Shown here piece by piece: positions 29,200 through 39,001 of a stretch of DNA of 64,000 bases. The DNA is from Candidatus Latescibacterota bacterium. Its GTDB lineage: Bacteria > Latescibacterota > UBA2968. The stretch spans positions 4,928,001-4,992,000 of the forward strand of contig OZ242010.1 in the NCBI GenBank assembly GCA_965204745.1, written 5' to 3'. How positions within the stretch are numbered: the stretch's first letter is position 1; every line of letters starts with the position of its first letter. The notes under the pieces are model-generated. The model was not told the DNA's origin, did not search any database, and saw only the letters and a program-made list of their open reading frames with translations. The position numbers were made by a program, and so were the translations under genes.

Positions 29200-32007
29200 T
29201 TACTTTTTTAAGGTCTTTTTCAATTCCACGATGGAGTGTTCGAGTTGTTTCATCGCCTCGCCTGCGGTTGTCCAATCCCATTTTTGAAGCGATGCGCGCA
29301 CGCGCTGGAATTGCCGGTCCGCTTCTAGTGCCAATTCCGCCGCACTGCGAATGGCGGGTCGTTCTGGCGTTGGCGCAGAGGTTTGCTCGGTGCTCGACGT
29401 GCTCAGGGTTTGGCCTGCGCCGGTGCCGAACAAATCATTGAGGGCTTCGGCAAAGGTGTCGCGCATAATGACCTGCCCGCCAAAGGCCACGATCACCTGC
29501 TTGAGTTCGGGAATGGCCGTGCTTTGCTGGAGTTGGCGCGGCGCTTGTCCCTGCTGGCGTTGGGGTTGACCGCCGCCTTCGCCTTCAAAACCCTGTTGTT
29601 GCAACTGCTCGGCTTCCTGACGGGCTTGCAAATAAATGGGTTCAACGTACAGGAACGAGCTTTCGATAGGCACGGCCAACAAGTTGCCGCGAATGACCTC
29701 TGAACCGCGTTGGCCCCAAAGCGTGAGTTTTTGCGAAATGTCGGGTTGCTGATCGATGCGGGCCTCGAGTTGCATCGGGCCGAAGATGAGTTTTTCCTTG
29801 GGCAAGGTATAGACCAGCAAATCGCCGTAGTTTTCCCCGTCGCACCGGGCCGCCAACCAGCCGATCATGTTGTCCTTTTTGGCCGGGGTAAAGGGCACGA
29901 GCAGCAAAAATTCCTCGCGCTGTTCCCCCGGCAATTTGACGATGATGTAGTAAGGCTCCATCGGCTGGGCGCGGTCACTGTAAATTTCGTTGGGGATTTC
30001 CCACAGGTCTTCCTGATTGTAAAACACCTGCACATCCTGCATGTGGTATTCCCGATACATCGTGGCTTGAATGCGGAAGAGATCGACCGGATACCGCACA
30101 TGGGCGCGCAAATCCGTGGGCATGGTGTCGATTGGCTCGAACAGATTGGGGAATATCGCGGCGTACGCGGCGATGATGGGCTCGTCTTCGGCTTGGTAAA
30201 AGGTGACAGAACCGTGGTACGCATCGACAACGACCTTGATGGCATTGCGGATGTAGTTGATCGGCAACCGGCCCATGCGCTTGGAATAGGGGTACATGTT
30301 GGTGGTCGTATAGGCGTCGATGATCCAATACAAGCGGCCTTCAGAGACCACGAGATAGGGATCGGAGTCGAAAAAGAGGAAGGGCGCGATCTCGCGGGCG
30401 CGTTGCACGATCTGCCGGTGAAACATGATCTTGCTCTCGGCTTGCAAATAGCTGCTCAAGAGCAAATTGGGATCCGTCATGCGAAGGGCAAAGGCCAGGC
30501 GTTTGACAAAGCTGCCGATAGACACGCCCCCATCGCCCTCGTACGTGGTGAACGCATTGCCGTCGCGCCGGGGATAGTCAAATTCGTCCGCGCTGGTCTT
30601 GACGACCACATTGCCGTACGCGCGCTCGCCGTAGTAGATTTCCGGACGGGAAATTTGCAACTCCGCCGCGTCTGAGACCGGGGGAATGTCTTTGATCATA
30701 AACGCGGGCAAGCCCTCGGGGGTGACGTGCGTGACCGGGCTCATCGCAACGCCGTAGCCGTGCGTGTATTGCAGGCGTTCATTGACCCAGTTGCGCGCTT
30801 GGGCCGGCAGGCGATTGGTGTCGAGTTCGCGGCCCGACAGCATCACTTGGCGATACACGCCGTCAACCGTGTAGCGATCCACATCCACGCTGGGGAAGAT
30901 GTAATAGGGGCGAATCTCCTGAACTTGCTGATAGGTTTGCACCATCGGGCGCTCGTCCCAAATGCGGATGTTGCGAATGGTGAGGGGGTTGGCCGCGATA
31001 TCGGCTGCCGTGAGGTTTTCAGAGGCTTCAAAGGGTTTTTCCACGATGCGGTCGAGCGCGTAGGCTTTGCGCGTGGCTTCGATGTTGTGCTTGATGTACG
31101 GGCCTTCGCGCTGCAACTCGGTGGGATCGACCACGATTTTTTGCACGATAGCCCCCGGGATATTGCCCAGCCCAAGCGCGCCGATCAGAAAGACGCCAAT
31201 GCCGACGAGCAGGGGCCGCGCCTCGCGCGTTTTGACATTCCGCAACAGCATAATACCCGTTGCGACAAATGCGATGATGAGCAACCAATAGACCCAGATT
31301 TGCACGTTGACATCGACAAAGCCCGCGCCGAAAGAGACATTGCCCTGCGAGTAGAGCAGGCCGTAGATTTTGAGGCGGTAATTGACCGCGGAATACAGCA
31401 AGAACATCGCGGCCAAAACCGACAAATGCGCCACCGGGCGCGGCATCAGTTGGATGCGTTCCTGAATGTGGATGCCGCCCGTGGCCAGGTAAATCACCCC
31501 CGCGGCCAAGGCCGAGACGACCACCGTGCCGATGAGAAAGCCAATGGTGAATTGGTAAAAGGGCAGTGAAAAAACGAAAAAGCCCACGTCCCGATCAAAT
31601 ATGGGATCCGTCGCGCCAAAGGATCCGCCGTACCAATAGCGCAACACAGTTTGCCACTGCGAAGAGCCGACATTCCCCATGATGAGCACGAGCACCGCCG
31701 CGATCAACACGTAGCCGGTTTTGGAACGCAACAGATTCGCGCCGGGGATTTCGCCTTCGAGCAACGACGCATCGGTTTCCAAGGCATGGCGCGTGAACCG
31801 CCCCACGTAATAGAGGTTGGGGCCAATGACCATCGCCGCGAGCAGGCCGTAAAACACGCCGGACGAGAACCGCGCCTTGAGGGTCGTCCAGAAAACATCC
31901 TGAAACGCGAGGCTCGAAAACCACAGCCAGTCCGTGTAATAAGACGACAACCACGCGAACCCGACGACGATGACGAATATCGCGGGAATCAAATACTTGC
32001 GTTGCAT
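29200..32007 (-). CDS. UPF0182 family membrane protein
   Basis: YTDWLWF, DPIFDRDVGFFVFSLP, YTHGYG, DSDPYLV, NYIRNAIKVVVDAY, YVEPIY. Confidence 0.93.
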   Translation of the reverse strand: MQRKYLIPAIFVIVVGFAWLSSYYTDWLWFSSLAFQDVFWTTLKARFSSGVFYGLLAAMVIGPNLYYVGRFTRHALETDASLLEGEIPGANLLRSKTGYVLIAAVLVLIMGNVGSSQWQTVLRYWYGGSFGATDPIFDRDVGFFVFSLPFYQFTIGFLIGTVVVSALAAGVIYLATGGIHIQERIQLMPRPVAHLSVLAAMFLLYSAVNYRLKIYGLLYSQGNVSFGAGFVDVNVQIWVYWLLIIAFVATGIMLLRNVKTREARPLLVGIGVFLIGALGLGNIPGAIVQKIVVDPTELQREGPYIKHNIEATRKAYALDRIVEKPFEASENLTAADIAANPLTIRNIRIWDERPMVQTYQQVQEIRPYYIFPSVDVDRYTVDGVYRQVMLSGRELDTNRLPAQARNWVNERLQYTHGYGVAMSPVTHVTPEGLPAFMIKDIPPVSDAAELQISRPEIYYGERAYGNVVVKTSADEFDYPRRDGNAFTTYEGDGGVSIGSFVKRLAFALRMTDPNLLLSSYLQAESKIMFHRQIVQRAREIAPFLFFDSDPYLVVSEGRLYWIIDAYTTTNMYPYSKRMGRLPINYIRNAIKVVVDAYHGSVTFYQAEDEPIIAAYAAIFPNLFEPIDTMPTDLRAHVRYPVDLFRIQATMYREYHMQDVQVFYNQEDLWEIPNEIYSDRAQPMEPYYIIVKLPGEQREEFLLLVPFTPAKKDNMIGWLAARCDGENYGDLLVYTLPKEKLIFGPMQLEARIDQQPDISQKLTLWGQRGSEVIRGNLLAVPIESSFLYVEPIYLQARQEAEQLQQQGFEGEGGGQPQRQQGQAPRQLQQSTAIPELKQVIVAFGGQVIMRDTFAEALNDLFGTGAGQTLSTSSTEQTSAPTPERPAIRSAAELALEADRQFQRVRASLQKWDWTTAGEAMKQLEHSIVELKKTLKK

Positions 32008-32069
32008 AACTATGCCCTCTGCGAAAAAGGTGAACGAATGAACGAAGAACTCGGGGGGCCAAAGAAAAC

Positions 32070-32107
32070 AAAAAAGCAGGCGTTTGTCACGAAATAAAAC
32101 GCCTCGC
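32070..32107 (-). terminator. Possible terminator after the fused R-M gene
   Basis: AGGCGTTT/AAACGCCT stem followed by a T-tract on the minus strand. Confidence 0.45.
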
Positions 32108-32139
32108 GCAGGTATTTACTGCCTGCTGCAGGCGTTGGC

Positions 32140-34455
32140 TCATTCGAGATTGGCGGAAAACGGTTGTCCCTTGATATATTTTTCCATGTAGGCGTAGTCT
32201 GGTGTTCCGCGTTCCGCGACTGGCAATTTGATTTTTGATGCTTTCAATCTCGTCTGACTGCATTTTCTGCCATAGTTGTACCGATACTGTTCGATATTGA
32301 GAATGGCGACGAGGAACAGGGCGATGTACGCGTTCATCTCAAACTTAGGTATCAGTTTTTCGACGTGATCGGATGCTGAAAACGGGTCTTTTTGGTATGC
32401 ACAATATCCCAACACCGCACTGTCAAGCGTCAACACGCCGCCATCTTCGGTTGCAATGCTGTAAAAACCATCGACACCATTATTCGTCGCTTGCGTAGTG
32501 ACGTAAGGATATTCCCCCTCACCTGCGAGTTCCAGATCGCGAATAGGCGTCGTTTTGCTGCCCGTAATGTCAAATAACTCGGTCAGGGAAAACCATTTCC
32601 AACGTTCTGTGTTCAGAGCGATTGGATCGCCACAGGATTTGTCGGATACACTCCGCCGGGCGCGGTTGCGAAACAAGTACGTGGCATACTCGTGCAACGC
32701 ATCTTCAAATAGATCGTCGGAGACGAGGGTGTAATCCGTCTCCATATACGCTTCTGCTGCCCACTCGTCTTTGTGCGTTAGGCCGACATTCACACTCATC
32801 CCGGGTTTTGCTTTGCGGTTGATGTACAGGTCGAGCCACGCTTGCTTTTTCTCGGGCCATTGTCTCGATGCGTCTGTTCGTCCGCCGACCTTCTTTTTTT
32901 CAAACCCATCATCTTTGAAGTAGCCGAGAAAGACCTCTTTATTGGGGGGATGGGGACGATGAGCCGTGAATATCATGATGCAGGACACGACACTGACTTT
33001 GGAATTGAAGAAAAGCTCGTTGGGCATGGAACAAACGGCTTCCAGGGTGTGGTTTTGCATCAATTTTTCTTTGAGCAAGGCTTTGGGGCCTCTCGTCGCC
33101 AAAGCGCACGACATGGGTACAATTGCCACGCAGGTCGCGCCATGCGTGAGACATTCCAAGTTGTTGAGCACAAAATCGAGTTCTTCCCTGTCGTTGTTTT
33201 CCGCCTTATACGGTGGATTGAGCAAGCCGACCGTCGGGGTTTTTTTTCGCATTTCTCGGATAATGTCTTCGTCAAAACAATCGCCGCAGTAGATATTCGA
33301 TTTCCCGTCTTGGTGGATGTACATGTTGGAAACCGCTAAGGCATAGATGTGAGCCTGAAATTCAACACCGAAAAGTTGGGATTGTTTAATGCGTTTTTCC
33401 GTTTCCATAGACCCGTGCGCGTTTTCGATCATGCGTTTCATCGCACTGATGAGGAAACCGCCCGTACCGGCGCAATTGTCATAGACTATCGACTGGGTGT
33501 TGACTTGTGCCAAATCCGCAAAGAGTTCTGTAATGTGCGGCGGCGTGAGAACGATGCCGAGGCTTTTGTCGCTGTTGGCATATTTGAGAAATTCCACGTA
33601 CAAATTGCCGAGTACGTCTCGATATTTGTGGTTTTTGATAAAGGAAGTCACCTCGGTATCAATGTGTTGAACGATTTCTTTCAGCTCATTTGTTTTTGCC
33701 GTCAGACCCGTCGCGGTTGGCAAAAAACCAAACTGTTGCGCCAAAATGGATAATCCCCCAACACTCGCATCTTCCAACTGTGCCTGTGCTGCATTCACGA
33801 TCATTTTTGCCAATCGCGTTGGATCGCCTTCCGAGGCGTAAGCATTTTTGAAAAACTGCTGTTCAAGCGCGAGCAATATCGCACTGATGAGCAAGGATCG
33901 GTTGCTTTCAGCGACCTTGTTGCTGTGAAGGCGAACATTTAAGTCGCGTATAAAATTTTGCAGTGCCTCATAATCCTGCTGATACTTGATTGGGTCTTGT
34001 GAGTACCCCGCAATGTAATCCGTTGGAGAAAGCAATACGTCTCCAAAAATTTCAGATGCTACGCGTTGGTTTCTCAGTTGAAGAAAATGCGAAACCTTTA
34101 CCTCCCGCTCGTTTGTACCGCTTATGCCAATTGCCAACACGTCAAAACCCTTGGAAAGATGGGACGCATAGTGCAACGCCCCATCAACGGCGAAGTCTTT
34201 ATATTGATCGCGTTGTGGACTCTGATGTTTTTGCGGATCTGCTTTGCATTCCACGACAATCAGCAAATCGAATTTCTCTTTCAACGAAATGAGGAAGTCT
34301 GGATACCCTCTTCCTCGTCCATCCTTTGACGCGGCTTGAAGCAATTTATTTATCTGCGGTGAATCCGAAGATTGTTCCTCCACAGTCACTTCATCGCCAA
34401 ATTTTTGAAAGTGTTGGCGCGCAATTTCTTCTGTTTTTCTCTCGTTAGCCATCAT
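32140..34455 (-). CDS. Fused restriction-modification enzyme (type IIG/BcgI-alpha-like nuclease + N6-MTase + TRD)
   Basis: GYPDF...ECKA nuclease motif, GIVLTPPHI, DNCAGTGGF, NPPY, C-terminal S-type TRD (YNYGRK). Confidence 0.87.
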   Translation of the reverse strand: MMANERKTEEIARQHFQKFGDEVTVEEQSSDSPQINKLLQAASKDGRGRGYPDFLISLKEKFDLLIVVECKADPQKHQSPQRDQYKDFAVDGALHYASHLSKGFDVLAIGISGTNEREVKVSHFLQLRNQRVASEIFGDVLLSPTDYIAGYSQDPIKYQQDYEALQNFIRDLNVRLHSNKVAESNRSLLISAILLALEQQFFKNAYASEGDPTRLAKMIVNAAQAQLEDASVGGLSILAQQFGFLPTATGLTAKTNELKEIVQHIDTEVTSFIKNHKYRDVLGNLYVEFLKYANSDKSLGIVLTPPHITELFADLAQVNTQSIVYDNCAGTGGFLISAMKRMIENAHGSMETEKRIKQSQLFGVEFQAHIYALAVSNMYIHQDGKSNIYCGDCFDEDIIREMRKKTPTVGLLNPPYKAENNDREELDFVLNNLECLTHGATCVAIVPMSCALATRGPKALLKEKLMQNHTLEAVCSMPNELFFNSKVSVVSCIMIFTAHRPHPPNKEVFLGYFKDDGFEKKKVGGRTDASRQWPEKKQAWLDLYINRKAKPGMSVNVGLTHKDEWAAEAYMETDYTLVSDDLFEDALHEYATYLFRNRARRSVSDKSCGDPIALNTERWKWFSLTELFDITGSKTTPIRDLELAGEGEYPYVTTQATNNGVDGFYSIATEDGGVLTLDSAVLGYCAYQKDPFSASDHVEKLIPKFEMNAYIALFLVAILNIEQYRYNYGRKCSQTRLKASKIKLPVAERGTPDYAYMEKYIKGQPFSANLE

Positions 34456-34499
34456 GCCCTCCTTTTGGATAATACCAACTGGCACACCTCAACCCGTCC

Positions 34500-34785
34500 T
34501 TGCTTCGGACAGGCACGGGGCCTGTCCCTGCGATGAACTGCTATCGCAGTTGTACCCCGCTCCGCGTAGTTGAATTGGTATAACATCGCCAAAAACGCCT
34601 TCGCAATCAAGCCATGATTGTGAAGGCGTTTCGCGTTTAATGACAGGGCTACGTTTCGCTTTAGCCCTCGCCTCTCGTATCTTTGGGCGAGCACGGGGGC
34701 ATCGCCCCTACATACGGCTCGCTTTTGAACGGGCTATCGCCAGTTGTACCCCGCTCGTGGCTAAAATCCCATCTCGCCTCTCCCC
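34500..34785. repeat. Mosaic intergenic repeat (REP-like GTAGGGGCG palindrome + GGAGCGGGGTACAACTGCGATAGCAGTTCA module)
   Basis: 34672-34785 is largely the reverse complement of 49363-49525; module copies at 34534-34563 and 34726-34756. Confidence 0.8.
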
Positions 34786-34806
34786 CTTCGGTCACTGAAC
34801 TGTATT

Positions 34807-35754
34807 TCAACTGCAATAGGCCGCGAGGCGTTTGGTGTGGGCCGGGTGGCGCAGGCGGGTGAGGGCCTCTTCTTTGAGTTGCCGAACCCGTTCTCGGCTG
34901 AGCCCCAGTTTGTTGCCGATTTGTTGGTAGGTCACGGGTTTTGTGCAATCCACTTCACCACTGCCGGCCCCGTCGTCGGCCTCTGTGTCGAAACCGTAAT
35001 AGAGATGCAAGACTTGCCGAGCGCGGTCGGGCAGGGCACTGAGGGCACGTTGCACGTCGCTACGCATGGCATCTCGAATATAGGCGTCTTCCGGAGGCAG
35101 GGCTTGGGGATCGGGCAGGGTTTCTTGGAGGGTGATGGCGGTGTCGTCGTACATGGGGGTATCCAGCGACACCGCGTTGTAAGTCGATTCGAGGGTGTGG
35201 CTGACTTTGTCGGGGGACAGGTCGGCTTCTCGGGCGATTTCATCGGCGTCTGGGTGCCGGTCGAGGTGCTGGTACAGATCGGCTTCGACTTTGCGGAGTT
35301 TGTTGAGGTCGTTGAGGACATTGCCGGGAACCCGAATGGCGCGGGTTTGCGTTTCGAGGGCTTTGAGGATATTCTGCCGAATCCACCACACGGCGTAGGT
35401 GATGAACTTATTCCCCTTTTCCGGCTTGAATTTGCGCGCCGCGGTCATGAGGCCCACGTTGCCTTCGTTGATGAGGTCCGCCATGGAAAGCCCCTGGTTT
35501 TTGTAGCTCTTGGCGACGTGAATGACAAAGCGCAGGTTGCTGGTGATGAGCTTTTCCCGGGCACTGTCTCCGGCGCGGCGCGCTCGCGCACTCGCCCAGG
35601 GTTGGTCGCCTTGGGCGATTTGCTCGGTCAGGGCGCGTTCTTCGTCGGGCGTGAGCAAGGGATGCCGCTCGACTTCTCGGTAGTAATAGGCCAGCGAGGG
35701 TTCACTGAATGCCCCTCTCCCTGCATCGTGCGCTTGGTGCATTGCGAAACTCAT
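34807..35754 (-). CDS. RNA polymerase sigma-70 factor, RpoD/RpoS-like (lacks region 1.1)
   Basis: SNLRFV, DLINEGNVGL, KFITYAVWWIRQ, LSRERVRQL; AGGAGG RBS. Confidence 0.93.
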   Translation of the reverse strand: MSFAMHQAHDAGRGAFSEPSLAYYYREVERHPLLTPDEERALTEQIAQGDQPWASARARRAGDSAREKLITSNLRFVIHVAKSYKNQGLSMADLINEGNVGLMTAARKFKPEKGNKFITYAVWWIRQNILKALETQTRAIRVPGNVLNDLNKLRKVEADLYQHLDRHPDADEIAREADLSPDKVSHTLESTYNAVSLDTPMYDDTAITLQETLPDPQALPPEDAYIRDAMRSDVQRALSALPDRARQVLHLYYGFDTEADDGAGSGEVDCTKPVTYQQIGNKLGLSRERVRQLKEEALTRLRHPAHTKRLAAYCS

Positions 35755-35841
35755 ACTTCCTCCTTTTGGTGTCCTGAGACCTCCATACCCTTTGCGAAAA
35801 CATCTGTTGACACTGCGAAATGGCCTCAGTTTCGTTGGAAC

Positions 35842-35920
35842 AATATAGTGAACATTTGTTTATTAGTCAAGAAAAAAATAGCACAATAAACCGTTGTTTA
35901 CGAATGGCTTATTGTGCTAT
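35842..35920 (-). promoter_or_regulatory. Sigma70 promoter of the sigma-factor gene with an upstream inverted repeat
   Basis: Minus strand TTGACT(35870-35865)-N17-TATATT(35847-35842); 12-bp IR ATAGCACAATAA/TTATTGTGCTAT at 35878-35920. Confidence 0.65.
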
Positions 35921-36051
35921 AAAAAAGTGTGCAGTGGTCAAACGCGATGTTATACCAATTTGCCAGACGAATAGACGGAGCGGAGTCCAAATGCGATAGC
36001 AGTTCATTGCTCCTGTGCCCGGCCGAATAGAGGGGAAACAGCGATCCGTGG

Positions 36052-36504
36052 TCAGTCCTCTCCGAGTTCGTATATGCCCGAGTTTTTCTGGTTTTCGCGG
36101 GTTTCGACTTTGTACACCCAGCAGCGGTTGTCGGTCATGCCGCGCACGAGTTTGTCGGCGTACTCAAAGACAAATTTCGAGGACGCTTCCATGCCGACAT
36201 TGGGCATCACGCGCAGGTCAACCAAGCCCCTGCGGTGCATTTCTTCAAACAAGTCGCGCTCGGGATCGTTTTCATTGATGAGCATGGTGTGGTCGAACAT
36301 GTGCTCCAACCACACCTTGAGTTTTTTGAGTTTGCTAAAATCCACGACAAAGTGATTTTCGTCGAGTGCGTTGCATGAAAAGTAAAACGTGATCTCCCGG
36401 TTGTACCCGTGAATAAAACGACAGTGCCCATCGTGATACCCCTGACGGTGCGCGCAGGGCAGGTCGTGGTAGGTCTTGGTCGATGAGAATTTTCCCTTTC
36501 CCAT
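36052..36504 (-). CDS. queD: 6-carboxytetrahydropterin / 6-pyruvoyl-tetrahydropterin synthase (QueD-like)
   Basis: CAHRQ..HDGHCRFIHGY, VVDF, FDHT, ETRENQKNS. Confidence 0.8.
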   Translation of the reverse strand: MGKGKFSSTKTYHDLPCAHRQGYHDGHCRFIHGYNREITFYFSCNALDENHFVVDFSKLKKLKVWLEHMFDHTMLINENDPERDLFEEMHRRGLVDLRVMPNVGMEASSKFVFEYADKLVRGMTDNRCWVYKVETRENQKNSGIYELGED

Positions 36505-36643
36505 GCGACGTCCTTTCTGGGAAGTGGTCAGTGGTCAGTGGGAACAGGTGAGACGCAAGACGGGAGAGGCAAGAGGGCCGCCCAACGCCCAAATGTATTT
36601 TTGCATTGCCATAGCCAAATGTATGAACGGAGTCGCCAAAATT

Positions 36644-39001
36644 TTACCTGTTCGCAATTCGGAACACGCCTTCCCGAACTGCGGATTGCGCGCTGTTGTG
36701 GTCTTTTACGGTCATGATCAGGCGATACCGCCCGGCCTTGACTTGACCGATGTCGAGTTCGACATAGTCGGCAACCCACAGGTCGCGGCCCGTTTGCGCG
36801 TATTGCACGCTGATCACCTCGCCATCTTTGCGCCGGATTGTGGGCATAGCCGCCAACTCGCGTCCCTTTTCCGGCGCCACGGCAAAGGCGACTTCGTAAT
36901 GCGTTTGCCCGAAAGGGTCTCGCGTCAGATTGTAGATTTCAAAATAGACAAACATGGGCGTTCCCGAAAAAAAGGTGCGCGAGGGCGAGGTCGTGACGCG
37001 CCACTGTGCAGCCGAGGTGTCGCCTTCGCTTTTCGCAATATGCTGTGCGAGTTGCAGATCGCTGAGCATCAAACTGTCGCCCGAAAAATCGTGTACGCGC
37101 ACCTTTTCCCGATAATTCCCCAGTCGATTGGTGTGAACCCGCCACATCTGCACCGCGAAATCGTATTCGCCAGGAGGCAATGAGATATCGAGTTGGTCCC
37201 TGGCGAGCAGGCTTTTGCCCCGAAGCCCGATGGGGATGGGCACGGCCACCTCTTCCCGCAGGCGCTTGACTTCGCGGTCGCGGTCATCCACCAGCGCGAT
37301 GCGCCGCTCGACCACCACCGTCGTATCCGGGTCATCGGGCAGTGCCACTTCATCCACGGGCAGGCCGATGTTGATCTGCAAGTTCGTCTTGCCCTGTTCC
37401 CCCCTGAACGAAAGGGCTTCGTAATAAAAATTGAGCGGGTGCAGATCGGAGGTGTCGTAGCGTTCGGGAGTTTTTGCCGCGGCAGTAGCCACTTGTGCTG
37501 CGGGCGCGTAATCGTTCATCAATTGGAGAAATCGAAGGGGCGACCCTCGGTAATCGACTTCGTAAATATCCTCTCGGTCGATGGATGGCACGGGCGCGTA
37601 GTCGAAAATGCGCGTGTGCATCTCGTCTGTGAACACCACTTCAATGCCGTTGTGAATGTCGGCATAGATCCACACTTCCCACGGCACGCTGGAAAAATCA
37701 TTTCCGGCGGTCACGGGCTTGAACCCGCGCAAGCCGAGCGTGCCATCGTCTTCCTCGAGCGGGCGGTTGCTCTCGATATTTCGCAGGCCAATGCGGACCG
37801 GGAACACAGGCCCCGTATAGGTCACGGTGGTGCCAGAGCGACCGTAGAGTTGAAACGCCAATTTTTCCTGAATCCGTTGCACGGGAATCGGCACGCTGGC
37901 ATTTGGCTCGCGCCAAGACGAGCGATAGTCTGGCTCGCCATAGCGGATATAGACCTCGCCGCGCCGGTCAAAGGGATAGCGATAGCGACCAAAAAACGTG
38001 CGCGCATGCCAAACCCGGCGGTAGTGCTCGGCCCGCCTCTGCGCCCCGCCCGTTGTTCCAAACGGGTCTTTGCGGATCCAAAACGCCTTGAGAAAATCGT
38101 CCCTCGCCTCGCCTGAAACCGCGCGATATGCCGCGACCTCCTCGGGCGTGCCCACCAGCGCGATATCTTCATAAACCGCCTTTTCCCGCGCATCTAAAGT
38201 CGCCGAGTATTTTTCAAACACGGCCATGGCCGCTTCAAACCGCCGCGACGCCAAAAGCACCTGCGCCAGCAACGGTAGCCTTTGGACATCGGTCATGCGA
38301 GCGGCGAGTTGCGTCACGATGTCGTAGCGTTTTGCGGTCAAAAACCCGAGGGCAAACTCGAGGGCGGGGGCCTCTTCTTGCGGGCCTTGGGACAAATAGT
38401 GATCGTAGTGGGCAAGCGCGCGGCGCGTATCGCCTTTTTGCTGATACAGACGCGCCAGCAACAAGTGGGCGGGCGCGTACCGAGGGTTGATTTGCAATGC
38501 CCTGTTTGCCGCTGCCATCGCTTCCTTCTGCTTCCCGCGTGCGAGATGGGTTTTGCCCAAGAACGCATAGCTCTCGGCGCGGTTGGAATCGGCTTGGATC
38601 GCCTTGTTGAAATGGGCGCGCGCGCGCTTGTGCTCGTTTCGATAGTTCAGAAAAACGCGCCCCATTCCCAGATGGGCATCCGCCTGATGCGGCTCGTTTT
38701 TCAGCACGCGCACAAAAGCCGCTTCCGCGCTGTCGGGCAGCTGAAGCCGCAGGTAGAGATGGCCGATGCGCGCCAGCAATGCGGTGGAATCCGCCGAGGT
38801 CGGCAATGCCCGGTTGAGCGCGTGGAGGGCGTCCCGAATCAGGCTCGGTCGCCCGAGGGTCTGCGCTTTGAGATAGAGCGCGTCCAGATCCTCTGCGTTT
38901 GCCGAAGAAACCGGCGGCGCGTCATCGCCAACCGCATGCCCGACGAGCCACAAAAGCAAACAGAAAATCCAAATCCAATAGCGCGTGTGCATGGTCATCA
39001 T
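36644..39001 (-). CDS. TPR + GWxTD-domain protein, secreted
   Basis: Signal peptide, TPRs, FWIRKDP...AEHYRRV...FDRRGEVYIRYGEPD. Confidence 0.85.
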   Translation of the reverse strand: MMTMHTRYWIWIFCLLLWLVGHAVGDDAPPVSSANAEDLDALYLKAQTLGRPSLIRDALHALNRALPTSADSTALLARIGHLYLRLQLPDSAEAAFVRVLKNEPHQADAHLGMGRVFLNYRNEHKRARAHFNKAIQADSNRAESYAFLGKTHLARGKQKEAMAAANRALQINPRYAPAHLLLARLYQQKGDTRRALAHYDHYLSQGPQEEAPALEFALGFLTAKRYDIVTQLAARMTDVQRLPLLAQVLLASRRFEAAMAVFEKYSATLDAREKAVYEDIALVGTPEEVAAYRAVSGEARDDFLKAFWIRKDPFGTTGGAQRRAEHYRRVWHARTFFGRYRYPFDRRGEVYIRYGEPDYRSSWREPNASVPIPVQRIQEKLAFQLYGRSGTTVTYTGPVFPVRIGLRNIESNRPLEEDDGTLGLRGFKPVTAGNDFSSVPWEVWIYADIHNGIEVVFTDEMHTRIFDYAPVPSIDREDIYEVDYRGSPLRFLQLMNDYAPAAQVATAAAKTPERYDTSDLHPLNFYYEALSFRGEQGKTNLQINIGLPVDEVALPDDPDTTVVVERRIALVDDRDREVKRLREEVAVPIPIGLRGKSLLARDQLDISLPPGEYDFAVQMWRVHTNRLGNYREKVRVHDFSGDSLMLSDLQLAQHIAKSEGDTSAAQWRVTTSPSRTFFSGTPMFVYFEIYNLTRDPFGQTHYEVAFAVAPEKGRELAAMPTIRRKDGEVISVQYAQTGRDLWVADYVELDIGQVKAGRYRLIMTVKDHNSAQSAVREGVFRIANR

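Noticed and set aside
36052-36504. QueD-like gene as part of a 7-deazaguanine DNA modification (dpd) system
   Set aside because: No dpdA, queC, queE or folE neighbours in the window
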